DNA from: a virus
Reading direction: 5' to 3' (one strand)
Length of the DNA stretch: 64,000 bases
IMG/VR virus record: IMGVR_UViG_3300045541_000131
Span: 74,653-138,652 of that record
The notes below the pieces were generated by a model. It did no database searches. It was not told the DNA's origin and worked only from the letters and a program-made list of their open reading frames with translations. The number at the start of each line of letters is the position of its first letter. Position 1 is the stretch's first letter. This document shows positions 27,272 through 37,584 of the stretch, one piece after another. A program made the translations under genes and the position numbers.

Positions 27272-29352
27272 AAACCTACAAATTAATAACAGATGAAATT
27301 GTTAATCATGAAAAAGGTATGATTAACAGCATATTCACTAGATTTATAGGTACTGCTGATAGCTTGTTTCCCTTGTTTATGAGAAGCTGTGGTTATCGAG
27401 CAGACATTCCTGACGCGGATTACGAGTTCGTTATATTTGATAAAAATCCCAAACACTTAAAAATGTTCCAAGAAATGCTAAAGTGGGACGGCGTATTCGA
27501 TCCGTCTGTTTTTGCATTTAAGTCTGGTCCTGAGCCCAACTTTGCCAGCTTCTTCGATCATGTTAATCAGTCAGCAGCTATAGCTGATGTCACTGTAGAG
27601 AAATTTTTCTACATTAAAAATAGAACCATTGGCAAGATAGCGCGACACGGGTTTGTTGACTTTAAAAAATGTTGGGATAAATTTAGGCAGTCAAAATTTA
27701 CTTTTATACACATTGATGTAATCAAAGAAAATCAAGAATTTCTTGAAATACTTTACAAGTTATCGCTTGACATCAAAGGTCAATTTGTTAGGCTAAATTT
27801 CAACCCAGAAAATTCTGCAGATTACTCGGAATCAATTGACAATATTTTACATTCTCTTTGGCTAAGATCTTTTAAGTCTTATTCTAGCATTGTTGAAATA
27901 GCCGACAGCAACAACAAAATACACGAAGATTATGCCGGTAAGATATATGCAAAACGTCATTCTAAATTTTGCATACTTCCTTGGATGCATGTACAGTACA
28001 AGCCCAGCGGTCAAGCAAAGCTTTGCTGTCGATATGATACCGTTAAAGAAAGCAACGACTGGCAAGAAGCATTTGATAAAAATCAAGAATCGGAATTAAA
28101 TAACTTGTCTGAATTGTATCAAGAACGATCTAAACTGCATTTGATTCAAAACAACACCATCGAAGATAGTTTTTACAGTAACTATTGGAACAAAGCCAGA
28201 TCATTGACATTAGAAAACAAACCTATATCCGGTTGTCACAAATGCTACTTGGAAGAAGATCACAATGCCGACGAAGTTGCTATATCTATGCGATTGGGAT
28301 CTAGTATACTTTATAACGATGGTTATCTGCATAAACGACCGGGCTACGAAAAACCTAAAATAGAATTTTTAGAAGTTGGATTTGGAAACTATTGTAACTT
28401 GGCTTGTTTAACATGTAACAGCACCTTGAGTACAACATGGCACGACGACGAAGTAAAGTTAAATGCTATTGCAGATAAACCTTTACAACGACTGATATTT
28501 CCTAAACTAGATAATCTTAAATTTGAGCCCAATGCAGAAACACTAAAAACATTAAGGCTAATTAAATTTACCGGCGGTGAGCCGATGATCAATCCCGAGT
28601 TTATAAAGTTCATTGACTTGATCTGTGAGCAGGGCACTCCTGAAAATATCAGTTTAGAAATATACACAAACTGTAGTTACATACCCAGTCAAAAGCTTTT
28701 GACCAACTTGACCAGATTTAAAGATGTACAATTAAATCTCAGCATTGATGCTTATGGCATCAGCAACGATTATATTAGATATGGTAGTTCTTGGGAATCC
28801 AATAATAAACAAACCGTTGTTAACTCAATGAACTATTGGCTAGAGCATGGAAAGAATAACAGCAACTTTCACATTATAATGTCAACTACACTGAGCTTGC
28901 TTAATGTATTTCAAATACCTAAGCTAATGACTTGGTGGTTTGACACTTATAGAGATTCAGGTAATAAGGTTGTTATTCGCTTAGGGCCCAAGCCACGCGG
29001 AGAATACGACGGCTTCTTTAAACTACAAATGGCATTTGATCCCAATTACATCAGTGTAGATTGTTTGCCAGCCAGCTACTATAAAGAACTAATAGAATGG
29101 TGCGATAACTACGAAAAAGAATTCATGAGCCAGTACACTGAATACGAAGCATTACCAGAATGTTTGCGTGCCAGTGTTGTCAAACTAAAGAAAACTTTAA
29201 GTAGATGCCGTGGCAATGTTAAAAATTCGCAGTTGTTCCTAGACTATCTCAGCAAAATGGATAGTATTAGAGGTAATAGTGCAGAAGCAACTATTCCCGA
29301 ACCATTAAATAAAGTTAAACAATACTTGCAAGCTCAGGATAAACAGACTTAA
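27268..29352 (+). CDS. Fusion protein: unknown N-terminal domain + radical SAM
   Basis: FCILPW.H..CC..GCHKC; CNLACLTC; TGGEP; YTN; SID. Confidence 0.88.
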   Translation: MKTYKLITDEIVNHEKGMINSIFTRFIGTADSLFPLFMRSCGYRADIPDADYEFVIFDKNPKHLKMFQEMLKWDGVFDPSVFAFKSGPEPNFASFFDHVNQSAAIADVTVEKFFYIKNRTIGKIARHGFVDFKKCWDKFRQSKFTFIHIDVIKENQEFLEILYKLSLDIKGQFVRLNFNPENSADYSESIDNILHSLWLRSFKSYSSIVEIADSNNKIHEDYAGKIYAKRHSKFCILPWMHVQYKPSGQAKLCCRYDTVKESNDWQEAFDKNQESELNNLSELYQERSKLHLIQNNTIEDSFYSNYWNKARSLTLENKPISGCHKCYLEEDHNADEVAISMRLGSSILYNDGYLHKRPGYEKPKIEFLEVGFGNYCNLACLTCNSTLSTTWHDDEVKLNAIADKPLQRLIFPKLDNLKFEPNAETLKTLRLIKFTGGEPMINPEFIKFIDLICEQGTPENISLEIYTNCSYIPSQKLLTNLTRFKDVQLNLSIDAYGISNDYIRYGSSWESNNKQTVVNSMNYWLEHGKNNSNFHIIMSTTLSLLNVFQIPKLMTWWFDTYRDSGNKVVIRLGPKPRGEYDGFFKLQMAFDPNYISVDCLPASYYKELIEWCDNYEKEFMSQYTEYEALPECLRASVVKLKKTLSRCRGNVKNSQLFLDYLSKMDSIRGNSAEATIPEPLNKVKQYLQAQDKQT

Positions 29353-30577
29353 AATCTGTGTTGTTATGCTGATCCATAAAACGAATGTACTCGGCGGTTT
29401 CTGTTAATTCGTTGCTGTAGTCTTCGGCATTCATATAGTTAACAGCATAATCGCCGTAACGAATAATACGGCGTTTTTGTTGTTCGACTAACTTAGCAGT
29501 TTTCCACTTTTCATGCGTCCACAGTTCTGCATCTGTGTCCAGCGTAGCTTTGAAGGCTGTCCACTCGTCGGTGATTTTTTGTTTGATGGCCAGGGGCAAT
29601 ACTTTAGGATTAATAGCCCGGGGATACTGTACAATACTCGTGTGAAACAATCCGCCAGCAGCATTAACAAACTTAACAATGTCTACAAGTCTGCTGATAT
29701 TGTAAATGCTAACCGTAGTTGTTAGGCTCATTTCAATATTAGTCAAAGCATGTAACTTTTGAACATTGGCGATGATCTTATTGATGTCGCCGTTGGTTCT
29801 AAAATAACCAAATGTTTTATCATCGCCGTCGATGCTGACACGCAAAATAATCTTCTTAAACTTAGGCCAATGGTCCAAAACATTATAAAAGCCAATACCC
29901 AGCGCCACAAGATTACTGTTATAACTTAGTGTAATATTATGAGCATAATCTTGCATGGCGTCAATCATTTCCCAGTGGCGTTTTTGTTGCAAAGGTTCTC
30001 CCCCAGCTATTAATACTTCACGCAAATAAGGAATGGCAGATTTAAATTCTTCAAAGCTGCGCTCAGGCAAACTGATATGTTTCTTTTCTAGTCTACCCGC
30101 TCCCCATTTAGTAAAGAACGCTTTTACTTCGGCGTCCTTAAATGCCAAATTCTCCCATTGACTGCTGTAAGTAGGACTGCAATGTCTACATCGTAAGTTA
30201 CAAGTATTATCAAATCTAATTTCAATGCTGCGTGGGCGATAAGGCATCGAATAGTCATGAGCAACATCGGCTAATATTTCATCAAAGTTCATTTGATACT
30301 GGTTGCCGCCGTAAGTTTCGTTACAAGTTTGTCTTGTACTAGCAACTCCACTGTCTTCAAAGTCCCAGCAACTGCGACAACCCTGCGGCCGTTCACCATT
30401 TAATAATGCACGGCGCAGTTCACGAGTTTGTTCACTGTTCCAAATTTCACCGAGACTTTGACTGCGATAGTCGCCGATACGATCAGGATAACGCCAGCAT
30501 GCACCTACTTTACCTTCATGCTTGATGTTTTGATGTATAAATGGCATTATACAAAATGTTTTGCTGTTATTTTGCAT
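29315..30577 (-). CDS. Radical SAM protein with N-terminal Cys domain
   Basis: FCIMPF.H..GCRSC; CNLRCRHC; AGGEP. Confidence 0.9.
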   Translation of the reverse strand: MQNNSKTFCIMPFIHQNIKHEGKVGACWRYPDRIGDYRSQSLGEIWNSEQTRELRRALLNGERPQGCRSCWDFEDSGVASTRQTCNETYGGNQYQMNFDEILADVAHDYSMPYRPRSIEIRFDNTCNLRCRHCSPTYSSQWENLAFKDAEVKAFFTKWGAGRLEKKHISLPERSFEEFKSAIPYLREVLIAGGEPLQQKRHWEMIDAMQDYAHNITLSYNSNLVALGIGFYNVLDHWPKFKKIILRVSIDGDDKTFGYFRTNGDINKIIANVQKLHALTNIEMSLTTTVSIYNISRLVDIVKFVNAAGGLFHTSIVQYPRAINPKVLPLAIKQKITDEWTAFKATLDTDAELWTHEKWKTAKLVEQQKRRIIRYGDYAVNYMNAEDYSNELTETAEYIRFMDQHNNTDFKSVYPELASIV

Positions 30578-31640
30578 ATTTTAAAACATTGTCTTTGACT
30601 AGATCTCTATGATAATATAATGTAGTGTTTTCTACATTGCCGCAAGTCTGTAAACAAGTTATTAAATTTCCTTGTTCAACTGTCTTGCTCCACTGATTGC
30701 TTATTTTATTAAATTTATCAAGTATGTCCATGATATCGTGCTGCGCTAGATCAAATTCTTGTTTATTATAAAGAGTATTAAATTGATAACTACCCGGGCT
30801 ATCATGCGTATATGTGCCAAGGTAGCAGCAGGGAAATACTGATCCGTCTGCTGACAAAAATATTTCTCTTCTCTGTAAACTTTTACAATTAACTTGATTA
30901 TTGTTTAATGAAGAGAATCTATTTAGATCAAATTTAAAAAACGACACAGGAACATGTTCTTCTTTACCAATATTGGAATGTCTATAAATGTGGTTGTCAG
31001 GCGGTTCTAAAATATCTATTTGTTCCCCATCCTTCATTATTTTCCAATCTTTTTTAGACTTAAATTTTTGAGTAACTTTAACTCTAAACTCTACTCCCAT
31101 GTCATGAGCTATTCGACTGGCCAGATCAATTTCATGTTCATTGTGTTTGAATACAATAAAGTTCCATGTAGCTTTGCCGCCAGCTTTGACATAAGCTTCT
31201 AAATTAGCTAAGACTTTGTTGTAATTTACTCCAATGCGATATCTTCCTAGTGTTTCTTGGCTGGCACCATCTAATGAAAAGTTAATCAATACTTTGGGAT
31301 GTGCCAATTTAGCCCACCAGTCTGGATCTCTATAGCCGCCATTAGTATCAATGCCTATGCCGGAATACATATGACAATGTTGTGCCAGATGCTGAATAAA
31401 TTCAGGTAAATTCTTGTTCAAGCAAGGATCGCCATAAACACCGCTAAAGTAAATGTAGTTAAGCTTTTTAGTTAGCTCTTTGGTGAATAGTTTATAAAAA
31501 ATTTCGGGCTTGAGATCTTGTTCTATTAGACCCGGTTGAACAAAGCCATCACTGGTATATCTGCTGCACATTGGACAGCGACTATTACATCTGCTGCTGG
31601 CCTCAACATGAACAATTCGAATATCGTCTAGGTTTATCAT
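30567..31640 (-). CDS. Radical SAM protein with C-terminal SPASM/twitch-like domain
   Basis: CNSRCPMC; G.YGDP; TNGG; PCC; C..TC. Confidence 0.9.
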   Translation of the reverse strand: MINLDDIRIVHVEASSRCNSRCPMCSRYTSDGFVQPGLIEQDLKPEIFYKLFTKELTKKLNYIYFSGVYGDPCLNKNLPEFIQHLAQHCHMYSGIGIDTNGGYRDPDWWAKLAHPKVLINFSLDGASQETLGRYRIGVNYNKVLANLEAYVKAGGKATWNFIVFKHNEHEIDLASRIAHDMGVEFRVKVTQKFKSKKDWKIMKDGEQIDILEPPDNHIYRHSNIGKEEHVPVSFFKFDLNRFSSLNNNQVNCKSLQRREIFLSADGSVFPCCYLGTYTHDSPGSYQFNTLYNKQEFDLAQHDIMDILDKFNKISNQWSKTVEQGNLITCLQTCGNVENTTLYYHRDLVKDNVLKYAK

Positions 31641-32467
31641 TTTTTAACTGTAGTCATCATTGACAACCCACATTTTAGTGTAACATTATTTTTCTTAAAG
31701 TTAATGCCACTGTGTGCTTGACAACGGTCAAATACGATCAGGCCGCCACGTTTCCAGTTATGTACTGCTTCTAGTTCAAAGCCTTCTAGCCATTTTTTCG
31801 GAAAATGTCCAAAGTATTTGTTATAGTCATCATCGCTAACTGTTTGCTTGTTCCAGTCTATATCAGTGCGAACATTGCCTTGTCGATCATAGCATTCTAG
31901 CTTTTCGTAGTCGCGTACTGTATAGAACACATTAGTGTCATACTTTGGGTCACCTTTGGCAAAGTTAGTGCCATACATAATAAAACGATTTTTAAATATA
32001 GCTGTACCGCAATCAGGCTCTTCGGTGTCTTTGTTAGTATGACAGACCCATAGTGGTATTAGAAATTGTTTTCCTGGCACATGATTAGTTGTAGTCAATG
32101 AATGTGGATTTCCAGTGTCAATGTGAAGATTGTAAGGAGTACTAGTTATTAAAAAGTTACCGGCCCATAGTTCATCATTTTCTAACTCGGGAATTACAGT
32201 TTTAAGCTTGTCAAAGAACTTATCTTGTATTAGTCTGTTATCAACATTAAAATGCAGCGTTCCATTCTTTTTAACTCGTCTGGTATAGTGTTGTCTATAC
32301 ATTAAATCTTCTAGCCAAGTTAATTCTTCGTCACTAAAAAAGTTGTCAACTGAATAGCTGCTGTCGCTCCAGGTCTTTTTCCAGCTATCATGTTCGCTGG
32401 GATCAACAAGAATATTTTCTTTAACTTCGGGATCTCCCAATACACGCTCTAAATTTCTATACTCCAT
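31637..32467 (-). CDS. 2OG-Fe(II) oxygenase-like protein
   Basis: LHID (HxD), W..G...VFDR...HSG, distal Lys. Confidence 0.7.
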   Translation of the reverse strand: MEYRNLERVLGDPEVKENILVDPSEHDSWKKTWSDSSYSVDNFFSDEELTWLEDLMYRQHYTRRVKKNGTLHFNVDNRLIQDKFFDKLKTVIPELENDELWAGNFLITSTPYNLHIDTGNPHSLTTTNHVPGKQFLIPLWVCHTNKDTEEPDCGTAIFKNRFIMYGTNFAKGDPKYDTNVFYTVRDYEKLECYDRQGNVRTDIDWNKQTVSDDDYNKYFGHFPKKWLEGFELEAVHNWKRGGLIVFDRCQAHSGINFKKNNVTLKCGLSMMTTVKK

Positions 32468-33203
32468 TGCAGTATCCTTTCATATGTTTATATATGCCTT
32501 CTGCAATATATTGATTGCCATCATGATCAAAATGATTGCAATCTATTATTAAATTTACATCTTTGCCAACTTTATATCCTTGTTGTTTCGTATGTCCAAC
32601 TATTGCTCTGTCATTGAAAGTTATATAAGGTATTGATTCGTTGGCAATTTGTTTTTTGTAATGGTTTACGGGACCCAACATGATTGGAAAATAATGCTCA
32701 ACATTATAACTCGTTAACAACCTATGTAAACAAAATATATCGCGATTTATTTCAGCTGCATCATATTGATCAACCGAAAAAATTCCATAATAAGTTCTTA
32801 GGAAATCATCTAATACTGGATCGGTCGTTTTGTCAACTAAAAAACTTCCTAACATATTAATATGATATCCATTTCTTTCTTTGTCAAAGAATATATCCTG
32901 CGGAATAAATGTTTTTTTAGCTGAAGGAAATTCAGTTCTGGACGTTTCTGTTAGCGCAACTATTACTAGATAGTTGTCTATATTATCGGCGTTATCAATT
33001 AAAAAATCAGTGATAACTCTTAATGATCTTTTATTGGATGCTCCGCCAATGGCTAAATTAATTGACTTTTTAAAGCCAACTGTTTTTTCGAGTTTTTTAA
33101 CCCAACTTCTTTCATGGCATGTTTCTCGAGCGTTGTCGTTTAAAAATGTACCGTAGGTATGACTACAGCCCACAGCAACTAAAATTTTATCACTGTATGC
33201 CAT
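32457..33203 (-). CDS. SGNH-like protein (DUF6071-like)
   Basis: GCSHT.G, NLA.GGASN.R..R, DCNHF...G. Confidence 0.72.
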   Translation of the reverse strand: MAYSDKILVAVGCSHTYGTFLNDNARETCHERSWVKKLEKTVGFKKSINLAIGGASNKRSLRVITDFLIDNADNIDNYLVIVALTETSRTEFPSAKKTFIPQDIFFDKERNGYHINMLGSFLVDKTTDPVLDDFLRTYYGIFSVDQYDAAEINRDIFCLHRLLTSYNVEHYFPIMLGPVNHYKKQIANESIPYITFNDRAIVGHTKQQGYKVGKDVNLIIDCNHFDHDGNQYIAEGIYKHMKGYCNGV

Positions 33204-34377
33204 TGAATATATCCTTGAACTCAGGGAATACAGAATAAATGTCGCAATTTTGTTTTTTTCCTAACTCCTCGACATATTTTTTAGTTTCGGGCAATAGATG
33301 ACTATCGTCATCGTCCAAATACTTGAGCAATACTTTTACTTCAGGATATTCTTTATACTCAGTCTCGTAAAGTTCTCTTATATAATTTTTATATGTTAAA
33401 GGCAGCACTGACGGCTTTAACAAATTATGTCGCAATATTTCGCCGCCAAAGTTATGAGTCTGACGTCCTAATAAATTATTTTCGCGAAGATACTTATAGA
33501 CTTTTGGAATATGTATCATGTTCCAAAATGCCACCGTTGGAGTAATAGTCACATGCACATTTGGCAACTGTCTAACTTTTTTTAAGTTTTCAACTACTTT
33601 TGCCCAGTCGCTGCCGGATCTAATAAATTCAAATTGTTCCCATCCAGCATCAATACTGGCATTTAATCCAACCTTCTTAAAATTTTTCCAATAGTCAAAT
33701 ATATTGTACTTTTTCGTTTCTAATATTGTTAAGTTACTGTTATAGGCTAATCTAATATCAAATTTTCGATGCTTAATGCAAATATCTAATATATCATAGT
33801 GTTCTTTCATTATCAAAGGCTCGCCGCCGGCAAAATAAAATTCCACTACATCGTTAATGCTGGCTTCAAACCTAGCTAAAATTTGACTTATGTTTTCGTC
33901 CCCCAGAGTTAACAGAATACGATCCAAACGGCCCGAATCATATAACTTTGCTGCTATTCGACTGCTAGCGTCTGGGCTGCAATATTGACATTTAAGATTA
34001 CATAAATTAGAAAATCTTATGTCATAAGTATAAATTTTTTCGTTGTTTATTAAATCTTCAGGTGTGTCAAATTGTTTAAGTATATGTCTAATTAGATCAA
34101 TATGCTGCTGACGATAGTGATTGTTCACAGGATCTTCGCATGACCGGCATGAATGGGGCAATTTATCAGAGTCAATAAATTGTCGCCTAAAGTCTGTTAG
34201 TTTATCATTCTTTTTGCTTATAAGATCATCAAACGACTGAGAAGATATATCGCCATAGGAATATTCCATATTATTACAGCAGACTTTGGTAGATCCGGCT
34301 TGACCTAAATAAGTATGAAAAAAAGGTCTGGTACAAAAACCTGGCGACTTTATTAACTTGTCTGACCAATGTGTCAT
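33190..34377 (-). CDS. Radical SAM protein with N-terminal Cys domain
   Basis: FCTRPF..CC..CRSC; CNLKCQYC; AGGEP. Confidence 0.9.
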   Translation of the reverse strand: MTHWSDKLIKSPGFCTRPFFHTYLGQAGSTKVCCNNMEYSYGDISSQSFDDLISKKNDKLTDFRRQFIDSDKLPHSCRSCEDPVNNHYRQQHIDLIRHILKQFDTPEDLINNEKIYTYDIRFSNLCNLKCQYCSPDASSRIAAKLYDSGRLDRILLTLGDENISQILARFEASINDVVEFYFAGGEPLIMKEHYDILDICIKHRKFDIRLAYNSNLTILETKKYNIFDYWKNFKKVGLNASIDAGWEQFEFIRSGSDWAKVVENLKKVRQLPNVHVTITPTVAFWNMIHIPKVYKYLRENNLLGRQTHNFGGEILRHNLLKPSVLPLTYKNYIRELYETEYKEYPEVKVLLKYLDDDDSHLLPETKKYVEELGKKQNCDIYSVFPEFKDIFNGIQ

Positions 34378-35771
34378 TTAAAAATGTCTTTCATTTCAGG
34401 AAATGTCTCATAGAAGTTGGTGCCGCGTTGAGCGTCTAACAATTCTAAGTATTCTTTCATTTCAGGCAGTCTACGGCTCCAGTCTTCGCTTTTAGCAAAA
34501 CGTACCATGCCGCGAAGTCTGCTGATACCATAGTCAGCATTTAGCCACTGCTCTTCGGTGACCTTGCCCGCATGCCATGTAGGCACACCTTTTTGCCAAT
34601 TCTGTTTCCACCATGGGATAAACTCTTCGTACTTGGCTTCGATTTCATCTTTAAACCAAGAAGGAAGAATCTTAACATTTAGGTGCGGTGGATGATAAAC
34701 AAAATGATAGTTAACGCCGCCTGCACCAAAAGGCCACATGTTAATTTTCTTAAATCCAAACTCTAGTTTCCAGCGCAGGAATTCAGGTATATAATAAATG
34801 TTTAAAGCTTGCACAGCACAGGCAATGGTGATTTCAACATTATCTGTGGTTTCGTTATCTAGCTGATGGAAAGCTTCAACAGTTCTTGCCCACTTGCTGG
34901 GATAACGAATATATTCATTACGCTCGCCCACTGCATCTACACTATAATGAAAACGCACTAGTTTAAAATGGCTCCATAATTCAAACAAATCTTCTCGCCA
35001 CTCTACGCCATTACTGTTATAACGTATTTCCATGTCTTTGGCATAGCCCTGACGAATACATTCTTCCAATATATCATAGTGTTCTTCAATAATTAAAGGT
35101 TCTCCGCCAGCAAAGTAAAGTTGCTTCATGTGTGGCACTTGTTCCCAAAGTTGTTCCCAGAATTTAGGATTGTTCTTATGCCAATTATAGCTAGCGCCGT
35201 TTTCTTGTCCTTTATTTCCCCACTGCATTGTATCTTTAAGCGTTTCGTTTTGAACCTTAGGATACATTTTTTGCCACTCGGGAATCCACAAGCTGCTATC
35301 ATGCGGACTGCACATTACACAAGCTAGATTACATTTAGTGCCAAAACGCATGTCAATGTAGCTGATTTTAGGAGGTATGCTGCCATCTTCTGCTGTGTCG
35401 CGCACTAACTGATCAACATCAACTCGTTTACTCCAGTATTCAGTTTCCCATTGACGCTTGCTACGATGTCCTTCGCGTTCTTCCTTATAGCATTTAATAC
35501 AGCTAGGAGGCTCCTGTCCTGCTAACATCTGCAAGCGGTTATTTTTCATGTAGTCATTATTCCAGCTACTTAAAAAATCTGTGTGGTTTAGATTAGCAGG
35601 TTTACCGTCGGCATTCTTAAGAACACCTACTTCTCCGCCGTAAACTTTATCGTTAGTTGGTCCAACACTGCTGGCGTTAGCAGTACAGCATACACGCATA
35701 TGGCCATTGGGTCTAGTGCTTAAATGTATCCATGGCAAGATACAAAAAGTTTTGCTGGGTAAATTTGACAT
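34374..35771 (-). CDS. Radical SAM protein with N-terminal Cys domain
   Basis: FCILPW.H..CC..CIKC; CNLACVMC; AGGEP. Confidence 0.9.
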   Translation of the reverse strand: MSNLPSKTFCILPWIHLSTRPNGHMRVCCTANASSVGPTNDKVYGGEVGVLKNADGKPANLNHTDFLSSWNNDYMKNNRLQMLAGQEPPSCIKCYKEEREGHRSKRQWETEYWSKRVDVDQLVRDTAEDGSIPPKISYIDMRFGTKCNLACVMCSPHDSSLWIPEWQKMYPKVQNETLKDTMQWGNKGQENGASYNWHKNNPKFWEQLWEQVPHMKQLYFAGGEPLIIEEHYDILEECIRQGYAKDMEIRYNSNGVEWREDLFELWSHFKLVRFHYSVDAVGERNEYIRYPSKWARTVEAFHQLDNETTDNVEITIACAVQALNIYYIPEFLRWKLEFGFKKINMWPFGAGGVNYHFVYHPPHLNVKILPSWFKDEIEAKYEEFIPWWKQNWQKGVPTWHAGKVTEEQWLNADYGISRLRGMVRFAKSEDWSRRLPEMKEYLELLDAQRGTNFYETFPEMKDIFK

Positions 35772-35776
35772 ATTAG

Positions 35777-35782
35777 TATTTA
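35777..35782 (-). promoter_or_regulatory. Late promoter, leaderless geometry
   Basis: TAAATA-5 nt-ATG(35771). Confidence 0.6.
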
Positions 35783-35788
35783 CTAAAA

Positions 35789-36523
35789 CTAATCTGCTGT
35801 TTGAATTAGCGGAAGTAAACGTTCTTTTATTTTATGATGGGCACTTTGGTTATAATGACCGCCTATTGATCTATCATTATTCAATGATAGATCCCGTAAA
35901 CAAATAATCGAGTCGGAGGAATTGATATTGTCCTTTAAAAATTTAACATGTTTGGGGATCGAATCTTTTCGAAAATTCAACTCCTGGTATAATTCAATTA
36001 CATAAAACAGTATTTTTTTAGATTTTACATATTCAATCAACATCAAAATATCCATCAGATCTTCAACAGCCCATTGATACGGTTTAAAGGCCATTATTTT
36101 ACTTCGTACATATTGGGTATATTGAAAATTATCAGCATTAATATTAGCTAATTGAATACTTCCCGCGGTGTTGTCATTAATTATTAATTCTCTCATGGAA
36201 GGGGGAATTTGAAAAAATATTTGATCAACGTGTGTTCCAGAATTTATCATTTGCATGGTTAAAAAAACACATTCTCTCAAACTAGCACCGAGTTTGCCGT
36301 GATTATAAGTTTTTATACTGTCGCTGCTTAATAATGCTGGATATGACAATGCCTTACAAGCGTCGGTATACTTTTCCCTTAAAGAAGAATCAGACATATA
36401 TGGCTTGCGTCTTTTGTAATAATCCATGAAATCTAAACAATTTGATATCCAGGGAAAAAACTCATCATCAGCTAGTTCGTCACCAGCAGTTAAACTACAA
36501 CCAAAAAAATGTACATGCTTCAT
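35789..36523 (-). CDS. SGNH-like protein
   Basis: FFGCSLT.G.EL, N.G..GAS, GGHY...AH. Confidence 0.72.
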   Translation of the reverse strand: MKHVHFFGCSLTAGDELADDEFFPWISNCLDFMDYYKRRKPYMSDSSLREKYTDACKALSYPALLSSDSIKTYNHGKLGASLRECVFLTMQMINSGTHVDQIFFQIPPSMRELIINDNTAGSIQLANINADNFQYTQYVRSKIMAFKPYQWAVEDLMDILMLIEYVKSKKILFYVIELYQELNFRKDSIPKHVKFLKDNINSSDSIICLRDLSLNNDRSIGGHYNQSAHHKIKERLLPLIQTAD

Positions 36524-37584
36524 AATGTTTTAAAATTTCCGATTGGCGTCTTTTGTAATTTTTTGACACTACATACTTCAGTGCAGCGAAATATTCTGCT
36601 GGATTTTTCAACAGAATGGGTGTCACTTTTCCAGCTGGCGGTCAAATCATTGCCATAAAATTCATGCGATAGCACTTGTTCTACAGAATGTAAGTTCAAA
36701 TCATTCCAATCACTGCTAGCATACGCATCAAATAATCGCTGTTTCATCAAATCATATTTACCTTGGTCTGCTGTAATAAAACCATTGTGCAAGAAACAGC
36801 AGGGCCACAATCTAGCATCATAACCGATAAAAAACATTTTTCTTGTTTGTGTGTCACAAGAAATACCATCATTGACATAAGTGCTCAATGACTGATTTAA
36901 TTCTTCAATTGATGTTTTTTTCTTATAAGGCTCAGGTGCATCAACGCTTTTTTTCTTTTTTATCATATCGATACCAATGGCGCTGACATGACTACGATCA
37001 TGACGACTCATGAATTCAGCGAAGCCCATTTGTCGACTTAATTCTTTTGCTTGCTCAACCTGATGGCTGTTCCAGGGAAAAGTTAAAAACTGCCAGCTGG
37101 CATAACCTCCTGCTTGAATAAAGGCCTGGGCATTAGACATTATTTTAGACCATGTTGTATTTTGTCTATATATGTGATTAGTATCTTCTAGTCCATCGAT
37201 GCTGAATCTTACTACATGTTTATGAAACTTTTTAAGAATATTAGCCATTCGAGTCCAATATTCTTTGTTTCTTAAACTGGCATTAGTATGAATTAATATG
37301 CGATAATCTTTTACAGTAGCAGCATAATCTAGGAATTCTAAGAATTCTGGATGCATTAATGGATCGTCTATAGTGCCACAAAATTCTAATTCTGTTGCCG
37401 AAGCAAAACTCGGCGCAGTAAGAATTTTTTTGAATACATCAAAACTTATGTATTGTTTGCTGGGAATAATATCTTTGGCATTAGAAAAAGTCACAGTGTC
37501 TGTGCGAACACAGCCCAAACACAATGCATTGCACATTGAGCTGAGTTCAAATTGCAATCTAATGGGATCATTTAGATAATTCAT
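36520..37584 (-). CDS. Radical SAM protein with C-terminal SPASM/twitch-like domain
   Basis: CNALCLGC; CGTIDDP; HTN; SIDGL; WPCC. Confidence 0.88.
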   Translation of the reverse strand: MNYLNDPIRLQFELSSMCNALCLGCVRTDTVTFSNAKDIIPSKQYISFDVFKKILTAPSFASATELEFCGTIDDPLMHPEFLEFLDYAATVKDYRILIHTNASLRNKEYWTRMANILKKFHKHVVRFSIDGLEDTNHIYRQNTTWSKIMSNAQAFIQAGGYASWQFLTFPWNSHQVEQAKELSRQMGFAEFMSRHDRSHVSAIGIDMIKKKKSVDAPEPYKKKTSIEELNQSLSTYVNDGISCDTQTRKMFFIGYDARLWPCCFLHNGFITADQGKYDLMKQRLFDAYASSDWNDLNLHSVEQVLSHEFYGNDLTASWKSDTHSVEKSSRIFRCTEVCSVKKLQKTPIGNFKTL

